Virus record (IMG/VR): IMGVR_UViG_3300018421_000020
DNA length: 20,000 nucleotides
Source: an uncultured virus (IMG/VR IMGVR_UViG_3300018421_000020)
Taxonomy: Duplodnaviria; Heunggongvirae; Uroviricota; Caudoviricetes
Direction: 5' to 3' (one strand)
The notes beneath the pieces were generated by a model, which saw only the letters and a list, made by a program, of their open reading frames with translations, did not search any database and was not told where the DNA came from. Made by a program: the position numbers and the translations under genes. Each line of letters starts with the position of its first letter. Position 1 is the stretch's first letter. Below are positions 1-8,900 of the stretch, in pieces.

Positions 1-1
1 A

Positions 2-2914
2 CTTCAATTTGAGTCTGGAAGTATGTTCAACGCCATCACCCAAAGCACCTGCAGATTCAATAGTTGCAAACTTAAATGGAATGGATGCATCCTTGACCTG
101 ATCACCGATAGAGAACAGAGTAGTATTTTGTCCACCTTGAGTCTCTTCAATACCATATTTGGATGAAGGAATTCCACCATCAAGATTGATCTGATTTTCA
201 AAATCAGTTCCAGTATTTACAACATCTGGAATTCCATCACCAGCGCCATCCAACTCATCATCATCTTCAAATGCTTTGTCGGTTAGAGTCAACTGATAAA
301 CTACAATGTCATTACCGATAGAATCAATAATAACATGTGGCAATTGAAGTGCGTTTGAAGATGATTGAGTTCCAGCGTCAAATGCGACCGTTCTATCTGA
401 AGTAGAGGGAATACCAGCATCAATGAAAGCAAGTTCATCAATCTCAAAGATTACAAACAGTTCTCTAGTATTGGGATTCCAATCATATACTTTTGCAATT
501 TTGTTGGATGCATTTTCAATTCTACGAACAAGTCTGTCTCCTACATTGAATTCGTAAGTAGACACGCCATTAACGTTCTGGATGCCATCAACAATAACGC
601 GCTGGTCATATCTAAAGTTAGTTCCACGAGTACACCCTAAGAACTTTTTCGCGTTCTTACTGGTGTATTCAATAATCTCTTTTCCCAGAATAAACGTACC
701 AGAACCAGGGAATGCATCAGTTGATTGTACAATTACTTCATCATCACTGGTGTTGAGAGACTTCTCAAGTGCAGTGATGTAAAAAGATGCCGAATTAAAT
801 GACTGACGATTCCTAACTTTTCTCTTTACGTTTACCAGTTTTGTGAAGATGATATTTGGTGGAGAAGTGTATCCTCTACCAGGATCAGTAACATCAATAC
901 CGACAACTTCGCCTTGAGAAATTCTAGCCGTTGCCTTTGCGCCAACACCACCGCCACCAGTGATCAAAATATATGGTGGTTCCTGATAGAATCTACCAGG
1001 ATTTGCAATGGAAATGTCGGTAAGAATGCCTGAAGTGTCAATGTTAGCAACACCTTCAGCACCTTGTCCACCACCACCTTGGAAGAATAGTGTAGGTGGA
1101 GTGATGTAAGATCTACCAGGGGAAACCAGGGACAAACCACTGATTGACTGAGTTACTGGGACTGCTGTTGCACCAGATCCTTCACCACCGAGAATATCTG
1201 CTCGGGCAGTTCCAAAATATCCATCACCACCAGCAATCATCTTAACGTACTCAACCTCTCCAGGATTGGATTCGCTAAGAATTACTTCTGCTCTAGCACC
1301 TTGAGGGACCTCAAGATTTGCTGCAGGTGGTTGTTCACCATATCTAACTACCGAACTATAATAATATTCTCCGATACAATACGGATATTCTGGATCTCCA
1401 GATGCATCTGTAGTTAGGAAGTATGCGTAAGTTCCATTGGGATACTCTGGAGTTACACAATACCTACCGTTATATTCGTCAAGATCGCCAACATTGGAAT
1501 CATAGATATAATCTTCAATGAAAGTTCCTGCAGTGTGTCCAAGGTTGTTGGACTTATTTCCCATTAACGGGTGATAGTAGCAAAAATAACTAAAGTTTGC
1601 AGGTGAATAATCAGGAATTACAATTTGCAGAGAACGAGTAGTTGCTGCTCCAAATCCAGAAATGTAATCTGCATATGATACTGCACTTCCATTTAGGAAA
1701 TATGTTACTCCTCTTTCATATAGATCGTCTCTGTCCTGTGGAGTTCTGCCAGTAGCGTGCCACGCCTGTCCAGCACTATCTCCGATTACATCGCTGAGTA
1801 AGATAGGATGCTGTTGATTGGAAGCATCATCTTGATTGAATGTGATCGTGTCTCCACGATTCAGCAGAAGTACAGGAGCAACTGCGTTTGTAAATGAACC
1901 ACCATTAACAATATATTTGTTGACTCCATCTACTTCCTGCACAGTAATTGTGTAGGTTGCGGCTGCTGGTGTATTGATCGTGGCACGATTACCATCAATC
2001 TCAACACCAGTTCTTAACCGATATCCAGTCTCAATTCTCTTTACCGCAGACTGGTCATCAAGAGGAGATGTGTAACCATAAGGACCGTAGATTGGATATC
2101 CATCATAAGATATTCCAAGGACTTTACTGTGACCATTAGTATGACGAGACTTATCTCCACTAAAATTGGAAGTTGAGAAATAAGATTTAATATTAAAAAG
2201 ACCCTGAGAAAAAGAATCAATTATCTCAGAATCTTGAAACACATAAAGATTTTCATTAGTTGGATACCCATGATAGGCATCATGATCATAAAAATTAGTT
2301 TTTACAGCATTGTAATGGAATCCAACTGGAGGAACCCCATCAGTGCCAGCATCAGGTGAAAACAGAGGAGAACCATTGGCTAAGATACCAACTTGTTCTG
2401 ACCTACGCTCATCATTATTTAATTTGGGAATATCTTTACCACCACGATATACAATCACATGATTGTAATTTGAGGCATAAATGTTGTTATTGTTAAATGC
2501 ACTGGGAAATGAACCAGTTATAGCAGGGTCAGGAATATTGTTAGTTCTCAGGATCAAGCGATCCCCATCAAATGCACCCGTTGTAATGGAAACTGATACA
2601 CTAGTAAGAATAGATCTTACATCAAAAGTATTGATGACTTTATTGTCATCCTGATTTGCCGTAATGTTGATTCTTAAAGGGTCATATCCCTTACCAGAGA
2701 CCAAGACTCTGACGTGAGTAATCTTACCACTCTCAATGATTGGGTATAAGAGTGCAGGTATTTCGGGTGTGCCGCAGTTGTCTACCTCTAGTTGAGGAGG
2801 ATCTGCAGGATCGTATCCAGATCCATTCTCCAAAACGACAACACTAGATACACCAAACTCCTTATTGAACAGGGGTTTGATTACTGCTCCGCTTCCAGGT
2901 ACTGTCCTTGCCAT
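2..2914 (-). CDS. Large virion structural/baseplate-region protein, 3'-truncated (at least 971 aa): GxGY beta-repeats, degenerate YHYH-like domain with an inserted cupredoxin-like module, further GxGY/GGGG repeats
   Basis: Absent from the ORF track because it has no stop inside the window. Manual translation from ATG at 2914 reads MARTVPGSGAVIKPLFNKEFGVSSVVVLENGSGYDP... and stays open to position 2 (...HTSRLKLK). It contains HSKVLGISYDGYPIYGPYGY and GDLDEYNGRYCVTPEYPNGTYAYF (YHYH-family C-terminal motifs), FSYFCYYHPLMGN, and repeats such as NPGRFYQEPPYILITGGGGVGAKATA typical of T4-like cyanophage structural proteins. Confidence 0.88.
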   Translation of the reverse strand, partial: MARTVPGSGAVIKPLFNKEFGVSSVVVLENGSGYDPADPPQLEVDNCGTPEIPALLYPIIESGKITHVRVLVSGKGYDPLRINITANQDDNKVINTFDVRSILTSVSVSITTGAFDGDRLILRTNNIPDPAITGSFPSAFNNNNIYASNYNHVIVYRGGKDIPKLNNDERRSEQVGILANGSPLFSPDAGTDGVPPVGFHYNAVKTNFYDHDAYHGYPTNENLYVFQDSEIIDSFSQGLFNIKSYFSTSNFSGDKSRHTNGHSKVLGISYDGYPIYGPYGYTSPLDDQSAVKRIETGYRLRTGVEIDGNRATINTPAAATYTITVQEVDGVNKYIVNGGSFTNAVAPVLLLNRGDTITFNQDDASNQQHPILLSDVIGDSAGQAWHATGRTPQDRDDLYERGVTYFLNGSAVSYADYISGFGAATTRSLQIVIPDYSPANFSYFCYYHPLMGNKSNNLGHTAGTFIEDYIYDSNVGDLDEYNGRYCVTPEYPNGTYAYFLTTDASGDPEYPYCIGEYYYSSVVRYGEQPPAANLEVPQGARAEVILSESNPGEVEYVKMIAGGDGYFGTARADILGGEGSGATAVPVTQSISGLSLVSPGRSYITPPTLFFQGGGGQGAEGVANIDTSGILTDISIANPGRFYQEPPYILITGGGGVGAKATARISQGEVVGIDVTDPGRGYTSPPNIIFTKLVNVKRKVRNRQSFNSASFYITALEKSLNTSDDEVIVQSTDAFPGSGTFILGKEIIEYTSKNAKKFLGCTRGTNFRYDQRVIVDGIQNVNGVSTYEFNVGDRLVRRIENASNKIAKVYDWNPNTRELFVIFEIDELAFIDAGIPSTSDRTVAFDAGTQSSSNALQLPHVIIDSIGNDIVVYQLTLTDKAFEDDDELDGAGDGIPDVVNTGTDFENQINLDGGIPSSKYGIEETQGGQNTTLFSIGDQVKDASIPFKFATIESAGALGDGVEHTSRLKLK

Positions 2915-2920
2915 TTATTA

Positions 2921-4102
2921 TTACGATACGATTACGATCTGATTGCCCATTGCACCATGAACAGTGCATTGATAATAAAGAGTAGCAGGTGCATCCATGG
3001 GAACTACGAAAGTAGTTCTTCCTGCCCCATCATTCGTGACACCAGCGGTATAGGCAGAACCACCAGAAGACTGACGAATTTCAAATGGGTGGACGGTGTA
3101 TAGTGCAGAATTATTAAAGATGTAAGTATGACCCCTATGCAGATACAGAGGAGGATCATTGATAGCACCACTGAAACCAGGACCACTGAAAGTATAGTGA
3201 GAGTTAGTTCCATCTGTACCAAGAGTCCATTTCATCGCAGGCGAACTAACGGGAACCCAGTTGTTCCCATCATAATAAAGAGTATCACCCTCAGCAGGAG
3301 TTCCAGTAAATGAAAATCCTCCACCACCAGTGTAGGCAATGGTAAGGGTATCTCCACTAATCGTGGTTGAGATGTCAGTTCCACCAGTAACAGTCAGCGT
3401 GTCAGTAGCGCCCAGAGCGGTGGTAGAACCTGTGTCAGCATTGAAGGTAGCGAAGATATTACCACCACCAGCACCACCACCAGTGCCAGGTTCAAAGCGA
3501 CCGTTGACAGCATTCCAGGTAGGAACTTGACCGTCAGTGTAATTCGTATCTTGAACGTTTGAAAGATCTTGGATTCTGCCAGTTTCGGTGTCAATCAGGT
3601 TGACCCAGGCAGTTCCGTTTGAGTAGTATGCTTTACTTACATCAGCAACATAGGCAAACATGCCAACGTAAGTGCTGAATACTGGAAGATCGGATGCACT
3701 CGTATATGGTGCATTCCACTTGAAGAATCCGTCAGCACCATCAATGATTGTATCGGTGCCGTTAGATCCATTTCTAAAAATGATGTCTCCAGTACCATCA
3801 GACTGAAGAAGAATATTACCATTATTAGAGGAAACAATGTTAAATCCGTTAACGTTGAGGTTTTCCTCTAAGAGGTTTTTATTTGTTGGTCTGGCAGGAG
3901 TGAAAGCACTTCCATTCCAGGTCAGTGCATCGCCTACATTTGGGGATGCGGTACTAACTAGAATATTTTGAGCGCCAGCAGTTCCGCCGAGGGCATCATA
4001 CAACTCGGTGAAGTTTGCATTGACTTTGGTGCCACCCGCTCGGAGGGAGTCACCCGTTCCGTCGTTGGCAGCATTACCTAGTTGCAGAATTTCTTTTGCC
4101 AT
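2921..4102 (-). CDS. gp9: Baseplate protein with T4 gp9/gp10-type N-terminal domain (tail-fibre-connector-like), fibre-like repeats and a C-terminal cupredoxin-like domain (393 aa)
   Basis: The N-terminus MAKEILQLGNAANDGTGDSLRAGGTKVNANFTELY matches the T4 gp9/gp10 N-terminal signature (G..xDGTGDxLRxGGxKxNxNFxELY). Internal GD/GQ-x-L-x-W/Y-N/D-G repeats (PNVGDALTWNGS, TDGQVPTWNAVNG, AEGDTLYYDGNNW). C-terminal LYLHRGHTYIF...HPFEI...LYYQCTVHGAMGN. The gp9 versus gp10 distinction rests on the N-terminus only. Confidence 0.8.
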   Translation of the reverse strand: MAKEILQLGNAANDGTGDSLRAGGTKVNANFTELYDALGGTAGAQNILVSTASPNVGDALTWNGSAFTPARPTNKNLLEENLNVNGFNIVSSNNGNILLQSDGTGDIIFRNGSNGTDTIIDGADGFFKWNAPYTSASDLPVFSTYVGMFAYVADVSKAYYSNGTAWVNLIDTETGRIQDLSNVQDTNYTDGQVPTWNAVNGRFEPGTGGGAGGGNIFATFNADTGSTTALGATDTLTVTGGTDISTTISGDTLTIAYTGGGGFSFTGTPAEGDTLYYDGNNWVPVSSPAMKWTLGTDGTNSHYTFSGPGFSGAINDPPLYLHRGHTYIFNNSALYTVHPFEIRQSSGGSAYTAGVTNDGAGRTTFVVPMDAPATLYYQCTVHGAMGNQIVIVS

Positions 4103-4120
4103 TAGACCAAGGTTTTTAGT

Positions 4121-4128
4121 TATTTATT
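4121..4128 (-). promoter_or_regulatory. T4-like late promoter (NATAAATA) upstream of the gp9-like gene
   Basis: The minus strand reads ...CT AATAAATA ACTAAAAACCTTGGTCTA ATG. AATAAATA matches the T4 late promoter TATAAATA / cyanophage NATAAATA consensus and lies 18 nt upstream of the ATG at 4102, inside a 36-bp intergenic gap. Confidence 0.7.
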
Positions 4129-4138
4129 AGAGTTAAAA

Positions 4139-5905
4139 TCAACCTGCGCTGAGACCACCACTCTCAATGTACTGACGTATCAAAACGTTCAGACCTTCGT
4201 TGGTATCATGTCCAGCATCACTTCTAGCATGAACAACAGCATTAGCAAGATATTTGTAGAGATACACGTTTGAATAATCATCCATGTACTCTCCCTGCAA
4301 TTCTCCTAGTTGATTCCCAGTGTATCCCTGAGATTTTGCTAGTGCCCAGGCAGAGAACTGAGCGGCATAAAATACGGTATTTGGAACACCAGCACTACTA
4401 CCTCCAGCATAAGGAATAACAGAATCGTTAGTATTTTGTACTAACAAACACTTTCTACCAGTAGGAGGAGTAAATTCTACGGTATAACCTGAATTTTCAT
4501 TGGCAGATCCCGTATTTTCATGATCACTTGGTCGGTAAAATGCACCGTCTCTATACTGTTGATTATGGAGACTTGACACAACACAGACAACTGTTTCCAA
4601 TCCAGCATCAGGAAGTTCTAACAATGCTCTCAGTGCCAGAGCGCCACCATTAGAAATACCAAGTATTCTAAATTTATCTGGAGCAACGTTACTATACTGT
4701 CTGAGATTTCTTATCAATTGGGTCAGATACTCAATATCTGGTGCTTTACTTTCATCAATGATATTCCATTTGTTAAGATATCCAGTTGGTGCGACCAATA
4801 TATCACCAGGAAGTCTGTCTCTCCACACACTAATCAATCCATTTCCATTGCCACCAGATCCATGAAGTAGGATAGTGACGGGAAGTCTAGATGGAAGTGC
4901 AGGAGATCCAGGCGGCGGAGTCGCAGGCATACTTACAACAGAGTCATAATTAAATGACGCTTGACTCCACTGCTTAGTGATTCTCAGAATGTCTTCAGCA
5001 CTAAGAGGACCAACAGGACCACTGTGATCATCACCCTCATAATCTTCGGGAGGCCATTGACGTTGTTGTTTCGTTTGTGGACCAAAAATATATGGGTATA
5101 CTGGTTCGTTTTCCTCGTCAAGAGTGATGAAGTATGCAAATGTGCCGTCAGGATACTCTGGGGTCACACAATATCTACCATTATATTCATCCAGGTCACC
5201 AAGACCGTTCACATATTCATAGTCTTGCACAAAACTGCCAGCAGCATATTGACTGTAGCTGAAAGTTCTGCCATCACGAGGACTTGTAAGTAGTCTATAT
5301 GAGGATCTAACACGTTTGGTTCCACTAGTATTATCTTCACCCGCACTATATCCAAATGGACCATAGATAGGGTATCCATCAAAACAGAATCCTATAATTT
5401 TTGAGTGTCCGTCAGGATGTCTAAAGTAGTTCCCCTCAAAATTAGAGGAACTAAAATATTCATTTGACTGGATCAAAGAATTGCCCCAGCAGTTTACCAA
5501 AAAGGAACCAGAGTGATAATGATATTCACCATTTTGCTCAGCGTGTCCACCACATGCATCTACACCGTAAACAGACTCATTAAAAACTGCATTCCAATTG
5601 AATCCATTTGCAGGTGCAACAGTCCGACCTGGCAGAGGACCAGGACCAGCGGAAGGATTGAATAATACAACTCCATTTAGAGCAATACCCTGAGCACCGA
5701 GAGTTGTTGCCTGAGGATTAGAAGTATTAGTTCCTCCCCTCAGAGTAAATACGAACTCTCCCTCCTGAGCAGATACCGTATTTGGATTATTGGGAAAATT
5801 CCCAGAACCCAACGGATCTCCAAAAAGAGCTGGTTCGGGACGCTGATCGGTAGTAACCGTCAGCACCCCATCTTCCAATACTGCTGTTGTATTTGACTGT
5901 GGCAT
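4139..5905 (-). CDS. YHYH-domain protein fused to a C-terminal alpha/beta-hydrolase (esterase / PHB-depolymerase / LpqC-like), 588 aa
   Basis: N-terminal half: GIALNGVVLF, DACGGH, GEYHYH (5513-5524), HSKIIGFCFDGYPIYGP, DLDEYNG. C-terminal half: ILLHGSGG (His348), GISNGG nucleophile elbow (Ser418), NTNDSVIPYAGG (Asp494), DAGH (His566). Single uninterrupted frame. Confidence 0.88.
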   Translation of the reverse strand: MPQSNTTAVLEDGVLTVTTDQRPEPALFGDPLGSGNFPNNPNTVSAQEGEFVFTLRGGTNTSNPQATTLGAQGIALNGVVLFNPSAGPGPLPGRTVAPANGFNWNAVFNESVYGVDACGGHAEQNGEYHYHSGSFLVNCWGNSLIQSNEYFSSSNFEGNYFRHPDGHSKIIGFCFDGYPIYGPFGYSAGEDNTSGTKRVRSSYRLLTSPRDGRTFSYSQYAAGSFVQDYEYVNGLGDLDEYNGRYCVTPEYPDGTFAYFITLDEENEPVYPYIFGPQTKQQRQWPPEDYEGDDHSGPVGPLSAEDILRITKQWSQASFNYDSVVSMPATPPPGSPALPSRLPVTILLHGSGGNGNGLISVWRDRLPGDILVAPTGYLNKWNIIDESKAPDIEYLTQLIRNLRQYSNVAPDKFRILGISNGGALALRALLELPDAGLETVVCVVSSLHNQQYRDGAFYRPSDHENTGSANENSGYTVEFTPPTGRKCLLVQNTNDSVIPYAGGSSAGVPNTVFYAAQFSAWALAKSQGYTGNQLGELQGEYMDDYSNVYLYKYLANAVVHARSDAGHDTNEGLNVLIRQYIESGGLSAG

Positions 5906-5916
5906 CTTTACTGTAT

Positions 5917-5923
5917 ACCTTTC
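5917..5923 (-). promoter_or_regulatory. Putative Shine-Dalgarno site for the YHYH-hydrolase gene
   Basis: GAAAGGT lies 11 nt upstream of the ATG at 5905. Confidence 0.45.
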
Positions 5924-5926
5924 TAA

Positions 5927-5934
5927 TATTTAGG
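5927..5934 (-). promoter_or_regulatory. Putative late promoter core (CCTAAATA) overlapping the giant gene's stop codon
   Basis: The minus strand reads TCC TAA ATATTAGAAAGGTATACAGTAAAG ATG. The TAAATA core is built from the TAA stop and lies about 21 nt upstream of the YHYH-hydrolase ATG. Confidence 0.5.
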
Positions 5935-8900
5935 AACCACTCGTCCAGATGTTAGCGACATTGTAAGTTCCATTCGTGGAGAAGTCTGCGAGTTCTGTGG
6001 GAGTCTCAGTTGGATCTGAAGTGCCCTGACCAAGAATGTCTCCACTGTTGAAGTCATCCAGATTCTCAGGCGTTACACTAATCAGATCCTCATCAACAAC
6101 CTCTACGGTGTACAGAGCTTCCTGACCATAATCTGCGAGATTTGGTGGGGTATAATCATCAGCAACGACCGTAAGAACATCAATTTCGGGGTAAGCATAA
6201 CCACTACCAGAGTTGGTGGTATCTACACGCGAGACGCCAACCAGCGCCTTGACGTTAGCATCAAGACCCGAGGAAGAGTCAACACGAACAATCGGGCGAC
6301 CAGTGTATCCAGAACCAGGATTGGTGACCTGTACCGAGTCAACTCTACCTTTCAGCAGGTTTGCAGTTGCTTCAGCATCGCGTCCAAATACGGAACCGAT
6401 GTATTCAAATGTAACCAGAGTATTTGCAGATTCAATAACAGCGACTTCTCTGTCTACCGTCTCACCTTGGATGTCAAGGAGGTCTCCTGCCTCAATCGGG
6501 GGTACGACAACCGATCTCGTAACGTCAGCGTCAGAACCGATGTATGCGAAACCAACGAACGTTGATCCAACACGAGGAACTTCCTTGAAGACGACACGAG
6601 AACCAACCATTTCAAATCCAATTCCTGGTTCCTGAATAACACCATTGAGCGAGATAATGATGTTATTATCTGCGATGATGGACTCGGTAGACTGAACACC
6701 TTCCGTGAGCGCGAGCGAGTAGAATGTACCAGAACGCTTGAGGTTGAAGGACGAACGCAAGGAGTCAAACTCAAAGCTGATATCATCCAACTGACGCATC
6801 TTACCAAGATAGAAACCAGTGAAGGAAGAACCAAGCGTAGGTGCTTCGTTGAACTGGATAACATCCGAGAAGGCACTATAGGAACCGCCTGCGCCAGGAG
6901 GTTGCAGAATACCATTAACAAAGATCATCATATGACCTTCAGGATCGGGGAAGTATGGCGTACCGTTTTGTTCGGTAAGTTTGAAGGAAGTTTGTACTCC
7001 ATCAAAACCAACGAACCAGCGATTAGTTCTACCAACAACATCTACCTTTTCATAAGATGCTGCCTTGAATCCAGCGTCAGAAATAACAGTGTCATTGCCC
7101 GTAAAGGTGCCAACAACATCACCCAAGTAAACTCTCTTAGAAAGACCCAGAGCATCAATACGGGTGACCGTACCGTACGCAGTGGTATTGCTAGTAATTG
7201 TAGTGGATACCGTAGCGTAGATGGTGGGTTGAGACGTGTTGCCGATAGGATACTGTGCAATGAACTGACCGTTCTGGAATACAGAATTACCAATCGGAGA
7301 GACGTACAGGTAGTTATTATCACTATCCCATCCAGTCACATAACCGTATGCACCTTCAAAAATCTGAGAGAGATTATTGTTTGCCTGGTAAACAAATTGC
7401 CCAACAGCAAAGTCTTGATCGGCATATTGAGATCCTATAGAGACACCCAAGCGAGTATATCCAGTTGCAACAACCTTGTCACCAACATCCAGAGATACTG
7501 GGATCAACGGGTGCGTAATCATATCCAGGAAGACTCTAGTCTGGAACGGATAGATGACAGAAGTAGTTTCAAAAGATCCACTGATGCTTTCGGTATCAAT
7601 GGTTAGTTTACCGCCAAGGTTATTTGTAACTGCACCAGAGTTCTCAATGAAGTTAGAGGTGATTGCAGTTTCCCCAGAAGTATATCCTTTGAAGGAATAC
7701 CCACTAGTAAATCCAACTGTATTCTGGAGGTCAATGACTTGCAGTCTGTTAGTGATCTCCTGAATGCCTGCATTGGTGAGAGTCTGGACTTCCAGAGTGA
7801 TGTTAGCACCACCACCATTGCCCAGGTTTACATCTTGCAGGGTAAGAACGTCACCGATGGTATATCCAGCACCACCCGTAGCGATAGTTACGTTTGCTGC
7901 ACCAGTATCATCAACCGATACATCAAACGTCGCTTGAGGGTTGCCAGTTCCACCAGTTGCCGTGACAGTATAGGAACCTTGGACTCTGTTGGGATCAGCA
8001 CCAGCGTTAGTGAGGTTTGTGAAGGAACCCACCAAGTTGATGCCACCTTGGATTAGGGTGCCGTTAAGAGCGCCCGTGATAGAATCGTTAATTGCAAAAC
8101 TACCAGCGGTAATGATAACATCCATATAACGGAAGTTTTCATCCTCATGGAATCCGTAGATGGTTCCAGTATTCGCTGCATTTCCAGTAGTCTGAATAGA
8201 CTCACCAAGTTTGAAGTCATTAGATGCAGTGCCGAGAACGACTTGATCTGGATCAAACTTAAATCTCTGATAGATCTTAGCAATAGTTGCCTCACTAAAG
8301 GTAATCTTTTCAACCTCACCATAGGAATCCGAAGACAGACCGTAGAAGAAGTCGGATCCTACCAGTTCCTTACTGATAGGAACAGGAATATTTCTAGATC
8401 CGCCAGCAACATAAGTCTGAGCGGGAATTGTAATACCAACTACAGTATCAAGATCAACATAATAGTTGGTATCTTTTAGTTGCTCTCTATACAGATCAAA
8501 TGTATTAGTGAGTCTGAGCATAACCTCAGCAACATCATAACGATCATTCAGTTGCGGATCATAGTAAGGAACCGCGCCAGACTCAGGAGCAGGATTGACA
8601 TGAGTGCCATTGAGTTGTGCCTCAATGAAGTCCTCAGCTCTATCAATAATAAACTTCTTAATATTATATTCATCGGAAACATAGAATTTCTCGCCGCTGT
8701 TGGCAGTGTAAATTCCAAGTCCGCCCTTATTGAGTTCGGCACCCCAGATGTAAGAACCGTTGGTGCCATTACCTTCAGAACCAGTACCCGAAAGAGTACC
8801 AGTGTTATTCAGCATGTATTCTTTGATCTCAAGTTGTGAGATACCGAAGGGAACGCGAATTGTGATGAAAGGACGGAACCAACCGAAACCATAGGGTTTG

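Noticed and set aside
4..782. Short track ORFs 4..201(-) and 582..782(+), which suggest that 1-2900 is mostly non-coding
   Set aside because: The region is fully occupied by an open minus-strand frame (2914 to 2) that the ORF caller missed because its stop lies outside the window.
2924..3240. Calling the cupredoxin-like domains phage plastocyanin (petE)
   Set aside because: They are domains within structural proteins, have no signal peptide, and have a C-x2-H-x2-M loop rather than plastocyanin's C-x2-H-x4-M.
4960..5070. Possible stop, frameshift or intein at the YHYH/hydrolase junction
   Set aside because: The frame is continuous, and no intein signatures (N-terminal C/S with C-terminal HN-C/S/T, or LAGLIDADG blocks) are visible.
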